Assembly (NCBI GenBank): GCA_963836185.1
Contig: CAWIIQ010000001.1
Span: 608,001 to 672,000, forward strand
Length of the DNA: 64,000 bases
Direction: 5' to 3'
Source of the DNA: Candidatus Krumholzibacteriia bacterium
GTDB lineage: Bacteria > Krumholzibacteriota > Krumholzibacteriia > Krumholzibacteriales > Krumholzibacteriaceae
Position numbers and translations under genes: made by a program. Positions 1 through 9,880 of this stretch are shown here, in pieces. Positions within the stretch are counted from its first letter, which is position 1; each line of letters starts with the position of its first letter. Below the pieces are notes generated by a model, which made no database searches, was not told the origin of the DNA, and saw only the letters and a program-made list of their open reading frames with translations.

Positions 1-614
1 GTCAGCTCCATGCCGTACTTCGAGAAATCGTTGACCAGCCTCTCCTTGATCTCGACGGCGAGCTCATCGTAGAACTGCGGGAGCTCGAAGATCGAGTCGA
101 GCTTCTCGCCGAACAGGTCGTTGATCCTCGCGACCACGACGTCGCGCAGGTAGTTGCCGATCATCTCGCTCGTGTAGACGCCCTGCGTTCCCACGACCGT
201 GTTGATGAAGAGCGCCGGCTCCGTGATCTTGAATGTGTAGATGCCGAAGGCGCGCAGCCTGACGAGTCCGAGCTTGCTGTCCTTGAACGCGACGGGATCC
301 TTCGTTCCCCATTTCTGATTGAGGAACATCTTCATGTTTACGAAATAGACCTCGGCCCTGAAAGGCGACTTGAATCCCCAGGGGAGTGAGAGGACCTTCG
401 TCAGGATCGGGAGGTTCTTTGTCGTGAGCGTGTGACGCCCGGCGCCGAAAATATCGAGTCCCTTACCGTCCTTGAAGAAGACGCTGGACTGATTGTCACG
501 CACTATCAGCTGAGCGCCCATTTTTATCTCCGCCGACCCCTCCGGGGGTATCCTGTGAACGATCTCCTCGCCTGTTTCGTCGAACCACTCGAGGACTTCC
601 ATGAACTGTGACAT
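1..614 (-). CDS. SPFH/band-7 domain protein (YdjI-like), runs off the window edge
   Basis: Manual translation [71 protein letters not shown]...[12 protein letters not shown]...LRAFGIY; AGGAGG SD before the ATG at 614; absent from the ORF track because there is no stop in the window. Confidence 0.85.
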   Translation of the reverse strand, partial: MSQFMEVLEWFDETGEEIVHRIPPEGSAEIKMGAQLIVRDNQSSVFFKDGKGLDIFGAGRHTLTTKNLPILTKVLSLPWGFKSPFRAEVYFVNMKMFLNQKWGTKDPVAFKDSKLGLVRLRAFGIYTFKITEPALFINTVVGTQGVYTSEMIGNYLRDVVVARINDLFGEKLDSIFELPQFYDELAVEIKERLVNDFSKYGMEL

Positions 615-920
615 GCCGCCTCCTGACTGTAAAATTGCCGGTCCGGGCGCAAAAAGTTGCTAAATTGTTGATTTACACCGTGCCGCAGGGGTTTTTTGCA
701 AAGCCGGGTGCCAAAAACTGCGTTGATATCTCCAGCGAGAAAATGCTTGTTATCTGCCGGGATTCTCACGAGAATCCTCGAAAATGTCGCTGAAGTGGTG
801 AGAAGTGCATTATCGGTGCTGCGAGGGAGGTTACGGCATGAGGTGAGCTGTGCCGGAAGGCATGAGCTGCAGAATAGGTTCGTGGACTGAAATATCATTT
901 TGACCAAGGGGAGATTTCAG

Positions 921-1517
921 ATGAAACGGTTTTTTATCGCGGTGTCAGTGATCATCGCTTTGACGGCGACGGCAACGGCGCAGGAGCCCAGCCAGAACTT
1001 TCTCGGCATCAAGGGCGGCGTCAACTACGTAAAGATATACAGCGATGATTTTGATTTCCAGAGCATCACGTCCTACGCTGCCGGAGCCTTCTATCAGTAC
1101 AGGGTCAACGAGAGGTTTGCCGTCTCGCCCGAGGTCTACTACTCGCTGATGGGGGCGAAGATGGAAACAGAAGCCGGAGACGTTGACTGGGACCTCGCGT
1201 ACATACAGGTCCCGCTTCTTTTCAAGCTGATGTTTCCGACCGGGAACACGATCACGCCGTGCCTCTACGCCGGCGGGTATCTGGGATTTTTAATGAGTGC
1301 GAAGGTGGAGGAGGTAGACGTCAAGGGTGATCTCAACAGCACTGATTACGGCCTCGTGATCGGAGCGAGTCTCGATATGGCGGTCAGTGGAGGCAGGCAG
1401 CTCGTAAATCTGGATGTCCGATATCTCTATGGAACGGCTTATCTCAGGGAAGAAGGAATGGGAAGTGCATACAACGGCGGGTTCCAGTTCCTCCTCGGAT
1501 GGGGATTCAGCCTGTAG
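921..1517 (+). CDS. Outer-membrane beta-barrel protein (PorT/OmpA-like porin family)
   Basis: Signal peptide (..ATATA-QE), GIKGGVN, Y(I)QVPLL and DYGLVIGA motifs, C-terminal aromatic strand GWGFSL. Confidence 0.85.
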   Translation: MKRFFIAVSVIIALTATATAQEPSQNFLGIKGGVNYVKIYSDDFDFQSITSYAAGAFYQYRVNERFAVSPEVYYSLMGAKMETEAGDVDWDLAYIQVPLLFKLMFPTGNTITPCLYAGGYLGFLMSAKVEEVDVKGDLNSTDYGLVIGASLDMAVSGGRQLVNLDVRYLYGTAYLREEGMGSAYNGGFQFLLGWGFSL

Positions 1518-1554
1518 GATACGGATCTTTGCATTTTTGAAAGGGAGATAAGAG

Positions 1555-2136
1555 ATGAAGAGGATAATTTTGACGGCGCTTCTCGTAATGGTTTTCGCCG
1601 CTTGCGCCTCGGCTCAGCAGCCGTATCAGAAGTTCGGCATCAAGGGCGGCCTGAACATGTTCAAGTTCTACGGAGACGATGTGGGAGATGTCGACTACCT
1701 TACCTCCTATGCTATCGGATTCTCATATTCCTACAATTTCAGCGAGCTGTTCGCTCTTGAGCCTGAACTCTATTACTCGAAAAAGGGCTGGAAGATCGGC
1801 GATATCAAGATGCAGGAGGGGTATGTCGAGATCCCCGTACTGTTCAAGGTCAGTTTTCCGGGCACGGGAAGAGACTGGAAGCCCAATCTCTGCGCCGGGC
1901 CCTACGTGGCCTTTCTGGTGGGCGCCAAGCTGGGTGAGACCGACGTAAAGGATCAGCTCAACAGCACCGACGCCGGCCTGGTCGTGGGAGCCGGAGTAGA
2001 TATCGAGGCCGTCGCGGAGCAGTCCCTGAGTCTCGAGTTCAGGTATTCGATCGGATTCACGAAGGTGACAGCGGATGACTCGGAAGCCTTCAACAACGGT
2101 TTCCAGATTCTCCTTGGCTACGGGTACAGCCTCTAG
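1555..2136 (+). CDS. Outer-membrane beta-barrel protein, tandem paralog of 921-1517
   Basis: Signal peptide, FGIKGGLN, YVEIPVLFK, LNSTDAGLVVGAG, NNGFQILLGYGYSL. Confidence 0.85.
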   Translation: MKRIILTALLVMVFAACASAQQPYQKFGIKGGLNMFKFYGDDVGDVDYLTSYAIGFSYSYNFSELFALEPELYYSKKGWKIGDIKMQEGYVEIPVLFKVSFPGTGRDWKPNLCAGPYVAFLVGAKLGETDVKDQLNSTDAGLVVGAGVDIEAVAEQSLSLEFRYSIGFTKVTADDSEAFNNGFQILLGYGYSL

Positions 2137-2278
2137 CCATGACAACGTGACACGGCATCCCGGATTTCTGATGTCGATACCTGAAAACTTGGCCGGTAAT
2201 CAAAATACGGTTTGGACGATAAGGTCGTATTAATTAAAATACCTTCTGCGCCATTATCTTACAGGCGCGCTATACCAT

Positions 2279-3832
2279 ATGATCGACCAGGAGTTGTTGC
2301 GGTCCATGATCCCGCTTCTTCCAGAACCCTTAGTCAGAAATGTCGTGTTTCCCTTGTACAGGGGATTCCGCAAGGACAGGGTCCTCGATATCCTCGATGA
2401 GCTCGAGCACGATCAGTTCCTGCCTGAGAGAGAGATAGAGGATATCAAATGGCGGAAACTGTCAGTGCTCCTCGAAGCGGCCGGCCGCCATGTGCCGTAC
2501 TACAGGGACCTCTTCGAGCGTGAAGGTATCGATCCGGCTTCTTTCGAGAGCCCTGCGGATATCGTGAAGATACCGTTTCTGACGAAAGAGGTGATCCGCG
2601 GTGAGAAGAGGCGCATGATCACGAAGGATCCGCTTCGCAGCGGGTATCCATTGAGTACCGGAGGTTCGACAGGCGAGCCGCTCCATTTCTGGTGTGATTC
2701 CGCGTCGAGCCAGATCCGCCGCGCCGCGGCCCTGAGAGGGTACCGCTGGACAGGATTCGATATCGGGTGCAGGCAGGCGATACTGTGGGGATTCCCGCTC
2801 GACAGGCCGTTGAAAGAACGGTTCTCCGGCAGCGCGAAGAACTTCTTCAATAATATTCTCCCGATGTCTTCGTTCGAGATGTCACCTGAGGTCATGCGGA
2901 AATACGCGGCGAAACTGGGACGCTTCAAGCCGTCCATCGTCACAGGGTACCCTTCGGCTCTGGCGGTTTTTTCCAGGTTCTGCCGGGACACCGGTCTTGA
3001 GTTGCCGTCCCCCAGAGCAGTGGTCACTGCGGGCGAGAAGCTGTTTCCGCACCAGCGGGCTATGATAGAGGAAGTGTTCGGCGCGCGTGTATACGATCGG
3101 TACGGGAGTGGGGAATTCTCGGTTTTAGCGCACGAATGTTCCAGACACAAAGGGCTGCATCTGTTCAGCGACTTATTTCATGTAGAGGTTATTCACGAGA
3201 GCGGTCGTCCGGCGGAAAACGGCGAGACAGGTGAGCTCGTCGTAACCGATCTTTCGAATCTATACATGCCGTTCATCAGGTACAGGACAGGCGATCTTGC
3301 CGTTTTGGGCGGAACGGATTGTCCCTGCGGCAGGGGACTTCCTCTGCTCGAACAAATGGAGGAACGCCTGGACGAATCGATCGTCGCCCCTGAGGGGAAG
3401 GTCATTGATCACATCCCGGTATCATCCGGAGGAAAGGAGAGGGTCGTAGTCTCAGACATGGAAGAAAGACTGATCATTAAATCGAAGATACACAAGGCCA
3501 GCATCAGCGGCGAAGCGCCGGGTGAGAATGACTGCCTTCGGATCGATGCGAAACTGCTTGAGCTCGGTAATGTCGCTCCATTCGAGAAGATCCTGATCGT
3601 CAACGCGACCAGCGGGGCGAGACTCGAGACATTCGCCGTCGAGGCAGAGGGCGGGAGCGGTGATATAATCGCCTGCGGGGCCGTATCGAGGCTGTGCCGC
3701 CCCGGCGACGAGGTCAGCATCATGGCCTTTACCTGGTCGTCCGGAGGATCGGGTGATTTCAGCAATATTCTCGTAGACGAAGAGAACAAGTTCGTCAGGT
3801 ACCTTACAGAGAAGGCCGGCGACATGATCTGA
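2279..3832 (+). CDS. CapK/phenylacetate-CoA-ligase-like adenylating enzyme fused to a C-terminal PanD-like domain (3458-3832)
   Basis: ANL motifs STGGSTGEP, DRYGSGE, RYRTGD, CPCGRGLP; the last ~124 aa align gap-free to aspartate 1-decarboxylase (KSKIHKA..ID..NATSGARLETF..GD.V.I.AF). Confidence 0.85.
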   Translation: MIDQELLRSMIPLLPEPLVRNVVFPLYRGFRKDRVLDILDELEHDQFLPEREIEDIKWRKLSVLLEAAGRHVPYYRDLFEREGIDPASFESPADIVKIPFLTKEVIRGEKRRMITKDPLRSGYPLSTGGSTGEPLHFWCDSASSQIRRAAALRGYRWTGFDIGCRQAILWGFPLDRPLKERFSGSAKNFFNNILPMSSFEMSPEVMRKYAAKLGRFKPSIVTGYPSALAVFSRFCRDTGLELPSPRAVVTAGEKLFPHQRAMIEEVFGARVYDRYGSGEFSVLAHECSRHKGLHLFSDLFHVEVIHESGRPAENGETGELVVTDLSNLYMPFIRYRTGDLAVLGGTDCPCGRGLPLLEQMEERLDESIVAPEGKVIDHIPVSSGGKERVVVSDMEERLIIKSKIHKASISGEAPGENDCLRIDAKLLELGNVAPFEKILIVNATSGARLETFAVEAEGGSGDIIACGAVSRLCRPGDEVSIMAFTWSSGGSGDFSNILVDEENKFVRYLTEKAGDMI

Positions 3833-3949
3833 GCGGCATCCTGATCCCGATTCGACTTTTCATCCCGGCATGTTTGTACTATATTCTGAACCGTGTCGGC
3901 TATTAAGGGCCGGCAGGTGACCCTGCGATACTTTACTGCGGACAATTAA

Positions 3950-4297
3950 ATGAAACGCCTTCTACTCAAATCGATGATCCTCAGGGCGACCGTCACCCAG
4001 GCCGACCTCCGTTACGTGGGCAGCATCACGATCGACGAGGACCTGATCGACAAGGCCAATCTGAGCGAGCACGAGAACGTGCATGTCGTCGACCGCACCA
4101 ACGGCCACAGGCTCCAGACCTACGTCATCAAGGGAGAGAGGGGAAGCGGTGTGATAGGGATGAACGGCGCGGCGGCCCATCTTGTCAACGAAGGCGACGA
4201 GATAGATATTCTGGCCTACAGCTGGTCCTCCGGCGAGGCCCGCCCCGTTCTCATCGAGGTCGATCCGAAGAACGCGTTCAAGGGATACGCGGGCTGA
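3950..4297 (+). CDS. panD: Aspartate 1-decarboxylase (pyruvoyl-dependent), atypical Met9/Leu11
   Basis: ADLRYVG|SITID cleavage site, [24 protein letters not shown]. Confidence 0.9.
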   Translation: MKRLLLKSMILRATVTQADLRYVGSITIDEDLIDKANLSEHENVHVVDRTNGHRLQTYVIKGERGSGVIGMNGAAAHLVNEGDEIDILAYSWSSGEARPVLIEVDPKNAFKGYAG

Positions 4298-4313
4298 CCC
4301 GCCCGATCGATCG

Positions 4314-5084
4314 ATGTTCAAGAGAAACCTCAGACTGTTCACCCTCCGGGGGATTCCTGTCGAGATAAACATCTCGTGGCTCCTGATACTTGCCCTGGTC
4401 ACATGGTCGTTTGCCACAGGCTTCTACCCTGAATCGTACCCCGGGCTATTTTCACCTCTTACGATATGGATACTCTCGCTGCTGACCGCGCTGATGCTCT
4501 TCCTGTCGATACTGATCCATGAGTTCAGCCACTCGCTCGTATCTGTCAGGGGCGGCCTGCCGGTCAGAAGGATCACGCTGTTCATGTTCGGAGGCGTCGC
4601 CCAGATGGGGCACGAGGTGGAAGATCCCTCGCTCGAGCTGAAGATGGCTGCGGCCGGCCCGCTGATGACACTGGTTCTCGTAGGAGTATTTATCGGTGGA
4701 TCGTTCCTTGCCGGTAAGGTTCCGCTGCTTTCGATACTCCTCGGCACGACAGGAGCGATCAACATAGGGATATTCATATTCAACATGGTTCCGGGATTTC
4801 CGCTCGATGGCGGGCGGATCCTGCGGGCGCTCATCTGGAAAAGGACCGGGGATATCATGCGCTCGACCCGGATCGCCACGGGAGTGGGGGAGGTTTTCTC
4901 GTATATCCTGATGGCGGGCGGGGCCTTCAATTTCCTCGTGTACGATAATTTCGTCAGCGGTATCTGGATGGTCCTTGTCGGGCTGTTTCTCAGGCGGGCA
5001 GCACGGAAAAGTTACAGGCAGGTCGTCTGGAAGAAGTGGCTGAATGAGATGAAGGATGGGGAGACGATGCGGGCCGACCCATAG
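4314..5084 (+). CDS. Site-2 protease (M50 family), no CBS domains
   Basis: HEFSH zinc motif, FMFGG, AAAGP, FNMVPGFPLDGGRI, multiple TM segments. Confidence 0.92.
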   Translation: MFKRNLRLFTLRGIPVEINISWLLILALVTWSFATGFYPESYPGLFSPLTIWILSLLTALMLFLSILIHEFSHSLVSVRGGLPVRRITLFMFGGVAQMGHEVEDPSLELKMAAAGPLMTLVLVGVFIGGSFLAGKVPLLSILLGTTGAINIGIFIFNMVPGFPLDGGRILRALIWKRTGDIMRSTRIATGVGEVFSYILMAGGAFNFLVYDNFVSGIWMVLVGLFLRRAARKSYRQVVWKKWLNEMKDGETMRADP

Positions 5085-5108
5085 ACGGCCCGCCCCGCCC
5101 ATCTAGAT

Positions 5109-5276
5109 CTATTCCTCTTCTTCCACCTTGTTCTTCGTCTCATCCTCGAGAATTGTGGAAACTCCATACTTTGTAGTCTTTTTATCTCTCAGGCTTCTAT
5201 CTTTCTTGAACTTGTAGCCTTCGTGCAACCGGTTGTCCTTGTGCTTAGACCTGTGGTTGTTTGTTCTCCTCTTCAA
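5109..5276 (-). CDS. Small (55 aa) highly charged protein
   Basis: GAAAGGAG SD, TTG start, MKRRTNNHRSKHKDNRLHEGYKFKKDRSLRDKKTTKYGVSTILEDETKNKVEEEE-TAG; below the ORF-track cutoff. Confidence 0.65.
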   Translation of the reverse strand: MKRRTNNHRSKHKDNRLHEGYKFKKDRSLRDKKTTKYGVSTILEDETKNKVEEEE

Positions 5277-5492
5277 CTCTCGCTCCTTTCCTGTCCCTGC
5301 TAAGGCGAATCGCTTTCTCAGGCAGACTTTGCAAGATTTATGACAAAACCAGACAGGTTTCTGATCATGGGGCCGAGCAGTTTAATCTCTTGGCAGACAA
5401 TATAATAGCAAGGGGCTGATAGTCGTTGCATAACGCCATTCAGCCCCATCTGCCGTTTTCCGTCCCGCATTTTGAGAACGTCTGAAAAGTTC

Positions 5493-6271
5493 CTATTCTG
5501 CCGCTTTCGGCCTGTTTTTCTCGAACTCGGCCTTGTCGATGCCGACATCGAACTCGATAGTCTGCCAGATCATCTCACGGTTCTTAGTGCCGTTCACATA
5601 CGTGATCTCGTGGAACGGGACGAGGTGACCGTCGACTGGCCGGTAATCGTCATAGATATTGTGGTTCCACCCGCCCTGGTCGCCCTTGTCGATCGCGCGC
5701 AGGGGGAGCCATGTCTTTACGTCCAGGTCGAAGAATACAGTGTCCGCTCCCTCGACGGCCGCGACCCTCGTGAACTCAACGCCTGTCAACAGTGTATCCA
5801 CCTCGAATTCGGGCACTATGTAGAGCGTGTCGGAGTGCTCGAGGTAGTAGGCGATCCCGTCTGACCGTCCTGAGTCCCTTCTCGAGCATCTCGGTATACC
5901 GCGGGCTCTGCCTTACATTGAGGTTGACCATGACCCATGCCTCTCCGGCGTTGTAAGTGTACCTGAAGAAGAACGGATGGTCATACACGCTGTAGTCCTG
6001 GTCGAGCACCATCATGTCCGGCTTCTGGACGAAATAGGTGCAGTCGGCTTTCAGGTCTCCCCAGCCCGGCCAGTTCGTCGTCATCAGACCCGTGCTCACC
6101 GAGGTCTTCCAGCCTGCGGCTTTTTCCATGCCGCCGAGCGCCTCGACGGATTTCTCCATCATACCCTCGGCGGTCGGTCGGACCGCCGCAGCTGGAGAGA
6201 TGGATGACCGACACCGCCAGGCAGCATACGGCCAGCAGGGCCAGTGATGATCTCATTCCTGATATTCTCAT
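5493..6271 (-). CDS. Lipoprotein, possibly LolA-like/outer-membrane sorting fold; frameshifted twice (~6178, ~5863)
   Basis: Three overlapping ORF pieces join into one protein: lipobox LSS-CGG, KSVEALGG.EK, FFDLDVKTWLP, DYRPVDGHLVPFH, FDVGIDKAEF. Confidence 0.65.
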
Positions 6272-6290
6272 CTCTTTACTCCCCTTCTTG

Positions 6291-7512
6291 TCAGACGGTC
6301 AGTTCGTCGTGCGCCCTGATGAGATTCGACCTGACATCGATGCCGTACGGACAGCTCGATGTGCAGTCGCCGGCGCATGAGGCGCACTGTCCCGCCCGGC
6401 GTGTTTCAGGCAGTTTCGAGTACATGCTCATCGCGTACTTTTCCCTGCCGTAATTATTGAAGTAGAGCCTGTACCTGAGGATGTCGTGAACGGGGACGTC
6501 CTTCGGGCAGGAACCGAGGCAGCCGTCGCAGCCCGGCCTGCAGTATTCGCTTCCGAGCAGCCCGCAGTATCCCTCGAGGACCTTCTTCTCATTCATCGAC
6601 ATCTTCGGCCGGCCCGATACCGCCACGAGCTCGTCGATGTCCTCGACCGTAGCCCATCGAGATGCAGATCGTGTCGATGTTCGGCTGCGCGAGCATCCAT
6701 TTGGTCAGCGCCTGTCTCGCCGTGCGGCCTTCATTCATATACTCGCGAGTAGTCGATCTTTCTGGCGGCCGAAAGGCTCTTCATCGCCACGACGGCCAGG
6801 CCCTTCTTCTTCGCCTTCGCCAGAACAGGTTCGAGCCCCTTCGTGAGCAGGTTCATCCCGGGCATTATCATGTCGAGATCGGTGTTGTCGATGAGCCAGT
6901 CGAAATCCTCGACCATCTTCGGCCCGTGTGAGCTCGCGCCCCACGCCTTGATCTTGCCCGCTTTCTTCGCTTTCGCGAAAGCCTCCGGGATCGCCGGGTT
7001 CTGGATCCTCTCCAGTCCGCCGAGGTTCGGGTCGCCGACCGAATGTATCAGGCAGCAGTCGATGTAATCGGTGTTGAGGCGCTGCAGGCTTTCCTCGAGA
7101 GCGGTCAGTATCTGCTTGACTCGTCGTCTCCGTAGTGAAGAGCTCGGGCTCCAGCTTGGTCGTCACGTAGATCTTGTCGCGCTTTGCGGGGAAGATCTTG
7201 CCGACTGACGACCTCCATGTCGAAGTACTGCCGCGCCGTGTCTACGTAGTTGATCCCGCGCTCGATAGCGTACTCGAGCTGGGCCGGGTCCTGCATCCTC
7301 GCGTTGCCGAAAGAGATGTCGGAGACCTTCCAGCCCGTAGAGCCGAGGGGCCTGTAATCGATGATCTGCGGTTTTGCCGCTTCCTTTTCTTCCTGCGCGG
7401 GAGAGCCGAGGACCTTGCCGGCTCCGGACATCCCTATGCCCGCACCGACAATACCGACCACACCCCGCCCGAGGAACGATCTCCTCGATATTTCCTTCCT
7501 GTCCTGGTCCAT
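6291..7512 (-). CDS. Tat-signal aldo/keto reductase with C-terminal 4Fe-4S dicluster; four apparent frameshifts
   Basis: SRRSFL twin-arginine motif; YRPLGSTG.KVS.ISFG, GINYVDTARQY, VTTK, LQRLNTDYIDCCLIH, VVAMK; CxxxCxxCxxxCP and CxxCxxxCxxxCP. Confidence 0.85.
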
Positions 7513-7537
7513 AACGCACCTCACTTTCGTGTGCCTG

Positions 7538-9666
7538 CTATTTACCCTCTGCGTCTTCTTCTTCTTCTTCTTCAAGGTCGAGGCCGTAGCTGTCCTGTAT
7601 CAACAGGGGAGGCATCGGGCCCTCGAGAGGGTTCTTGTCCCGTACATACCAGTCGTACCACTGCATGTGTCTGTATAATACGTCTATCCGGCCCGGCTGT
7701 TTCCTGTTTCCATGTCCTTCGCCGGGATACTGCACGAGGCGCACCGCCGGATGATCGTTCATCTTCAGGCGCCTGTGGAACTCGAGGGACTGCGAAGGAT
7801 GCACCCTCGTGTCAGCCGCGCCGCCGATGATCAGCACTGCTGATCTTGCTCTGGTGGGCCCAGTATATCGGGCTGCGCTTGAGGCTGAACTCCCACTGGT
7901 CCCAGTCAGCGTCGAGCTTCTTGCCGGAGTGCACGTAGAGTTCCTCGTACGGGATGTCGGTCGTGCCGCGCTTGCTCACCAGGTCGCTTATACCTACGAA
8001 CATGCAGACCGCTCTGACCTTTTCGGTATAGTACGAGGCGAACCACGCCGCGGCGAATCCGCCGTAAGAGCCGCCCCCGAGGCCGACCCGGGAGCCGTCG
8101 GCGATACCCTTGTCCACGAGGAAATCGATAGCGTCGGCGCAGTCGTCGAATTCCTTGCCTGCGGCGTCCATGTATCCCTGCGCGGCGAATTCGATCCCGT
8201 AGCCGGTGCTTGCCCGGTAGTTGGGGTAGAAGACGACGTAGCCCTTGCCGGCCAGCGCCTGGGCGGGATGGAAGTACGAACCGAGCCAGACGTTCCGATA
8301 GTGCGCCTCGGGCCCTCCGTGGACCGTCACGATAAGGGGATAGCGCTTTCCTTCCTTGTAGCCGACGGGGTAGACGAGTATCCCCTCGATCTCGAGCCCG
8401 TCGCGTGCCTCGTAAGTGACGACCTCCTGGCGGCCGAGATCGCGTTCGGCGATCCAGGGATTGAATGTCGTCAGCCTCTTGAGCTCCTTGTCGCCCTTCT
8501 TCCAGTAGAAGACATCGCCCGGGATATCGGGTGACGAAGCGACGAAGGCGAAATGCTTGAAATCCTTCGTGAAATGAGGGGCGTTGAAGACGATCCCCGT
8601 CTTTTTACTGTCGAGGATGACCTTGCGTTTGCCGCCCTTCGCCGAAACCGTGCTGAGAGTGTTCCAAACGCCCTCGCCGGCGAGGTAGCAGACGGAGCCG
8701 TTCTTTTCCCAGCCGACCCAGCTGATGTGGCCGCGGAAATCCTCGGGCGTGAGATTGACCGGCTCGCCGCCGGCGACATCGATGACGTACGCCTGGCTGA
8801 CGGCGTGGTCGGACCGCGTCAGCGCGGCGACGTAGGCGAGCTTCTTTCCGTCGGGGCTGAACGAGAATCCGCCGAGTTTGCCGGGATTGTCGGTCAGCCG
8901 CCTTGACCTTGCCTGTCTCGAGGTCGAGGATGTAGATCTTCTTGAACATGTAGATCTGATCGATGAGATTCTTCGGGCAGGTGGATATCGCCGCATGTTT
9001 CCCGTCAGGGCTCAGCTCGAAGCCGGTGACGTGTATGCCCTCGGTCACTTTCTCGCCCTTGACCTTCTCGCCGCACTCCCCGAACTTTCCGATGTAGAGC
9101 TCACGGTTGCGCAGGTTCTCCTCGTAATAGATGAATCCGTATCCCTTGTCGTCGAGCGTCTTCTCGACTTTCGGCTTCTCTTCAGTCTCGAGCCAGGCGA
9201 TCCCGCTTCCGTCGGGAAGCCACCTGAACGATCCGGCGCCCGATTTCGAATCGGTCACCTGGACCGCTTCGCCGCCGTCGACCGGTATCATCCATACCTG
9301 GGTCTTCGCCTTCTCGCCGCGGCTCATCGTGAAGCCGATCTTCTTTCCGTCTGGGCTGAAACGGGGCGATCCAACGTTGACTTTGCCCGTGATGAACGGG
9401 AGGATCTCGCCTGTCTTCACAGAGACGAGGTAGAGCTCCGAATACGCTCCGCCCGCCTTCTCTTTCGCGCATCGGGGGACACTCAGGGTGTATGCTATCC
9501 AGTTCCCGTCGGGGCTGATGTCTGCGTAATATGTCCTCTTGACGCTGAGCATGTCCTCAGCCGAGACGACGTCGGCCGATGCCGGCGCAGTGACAATAAA
9601 AAGCGCCGGTATCGCAAGTGAAAGTACCAGCGCCAGATGCGTTAAAAATTTCCGGGACCCCGTCAT
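7538..9666 (-). CDS. Secreted S9 (prolyl oligopeptidase/acylaminoacyl peptidase) with PD40 propeller; frameshifts ~8905 and ~7840
   Basis: Signal peptide, SPDG repeats, VHGGP, GGSYGG nucleophile, DTRV Asp, EGHG His. Confidence 0.9.
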
Positions 9667-9880
9667 TTAGTCGCTCCTTTCAGCAGGAATGATGTATCTG
9701 GACAATTTTGCGTATCTTCGCACGGAGGATTATACACACGAGATTCAGTTTTGGATATCAGAAAAGGGATCTGCCTGCGGGCCCAATATCTGCTTTACCG
9801 CCTGGACCGCTCAATGATAGTTTTCCTTCAAAGCAGCGTTCAATGACTTCTAAACGGTTTCTGAATAGAAAGGGAGTGAA

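Noticed and set aside
3458-3832. PanD-like domain as a separate gene
   Set aside because: It is in frame with the ligase with no stop, and the nearest AGGAG is ~19 nt from the internal ATG; an internal start cannot be fully excluded.
7553-7573. (TTC)n microsatellite
   Set aside because: It encodes the poly-Glu tail (EEEEEED) of the S9 peptidase.
5493-9666. Programmed frameshifting, phase variation or selenocysteine readthrough in the broken genes
   Set aside because: The breaks lack slippery heptamers or long repeats, and the TGAs do not fall at Cys positions; simple indels restore the frames.
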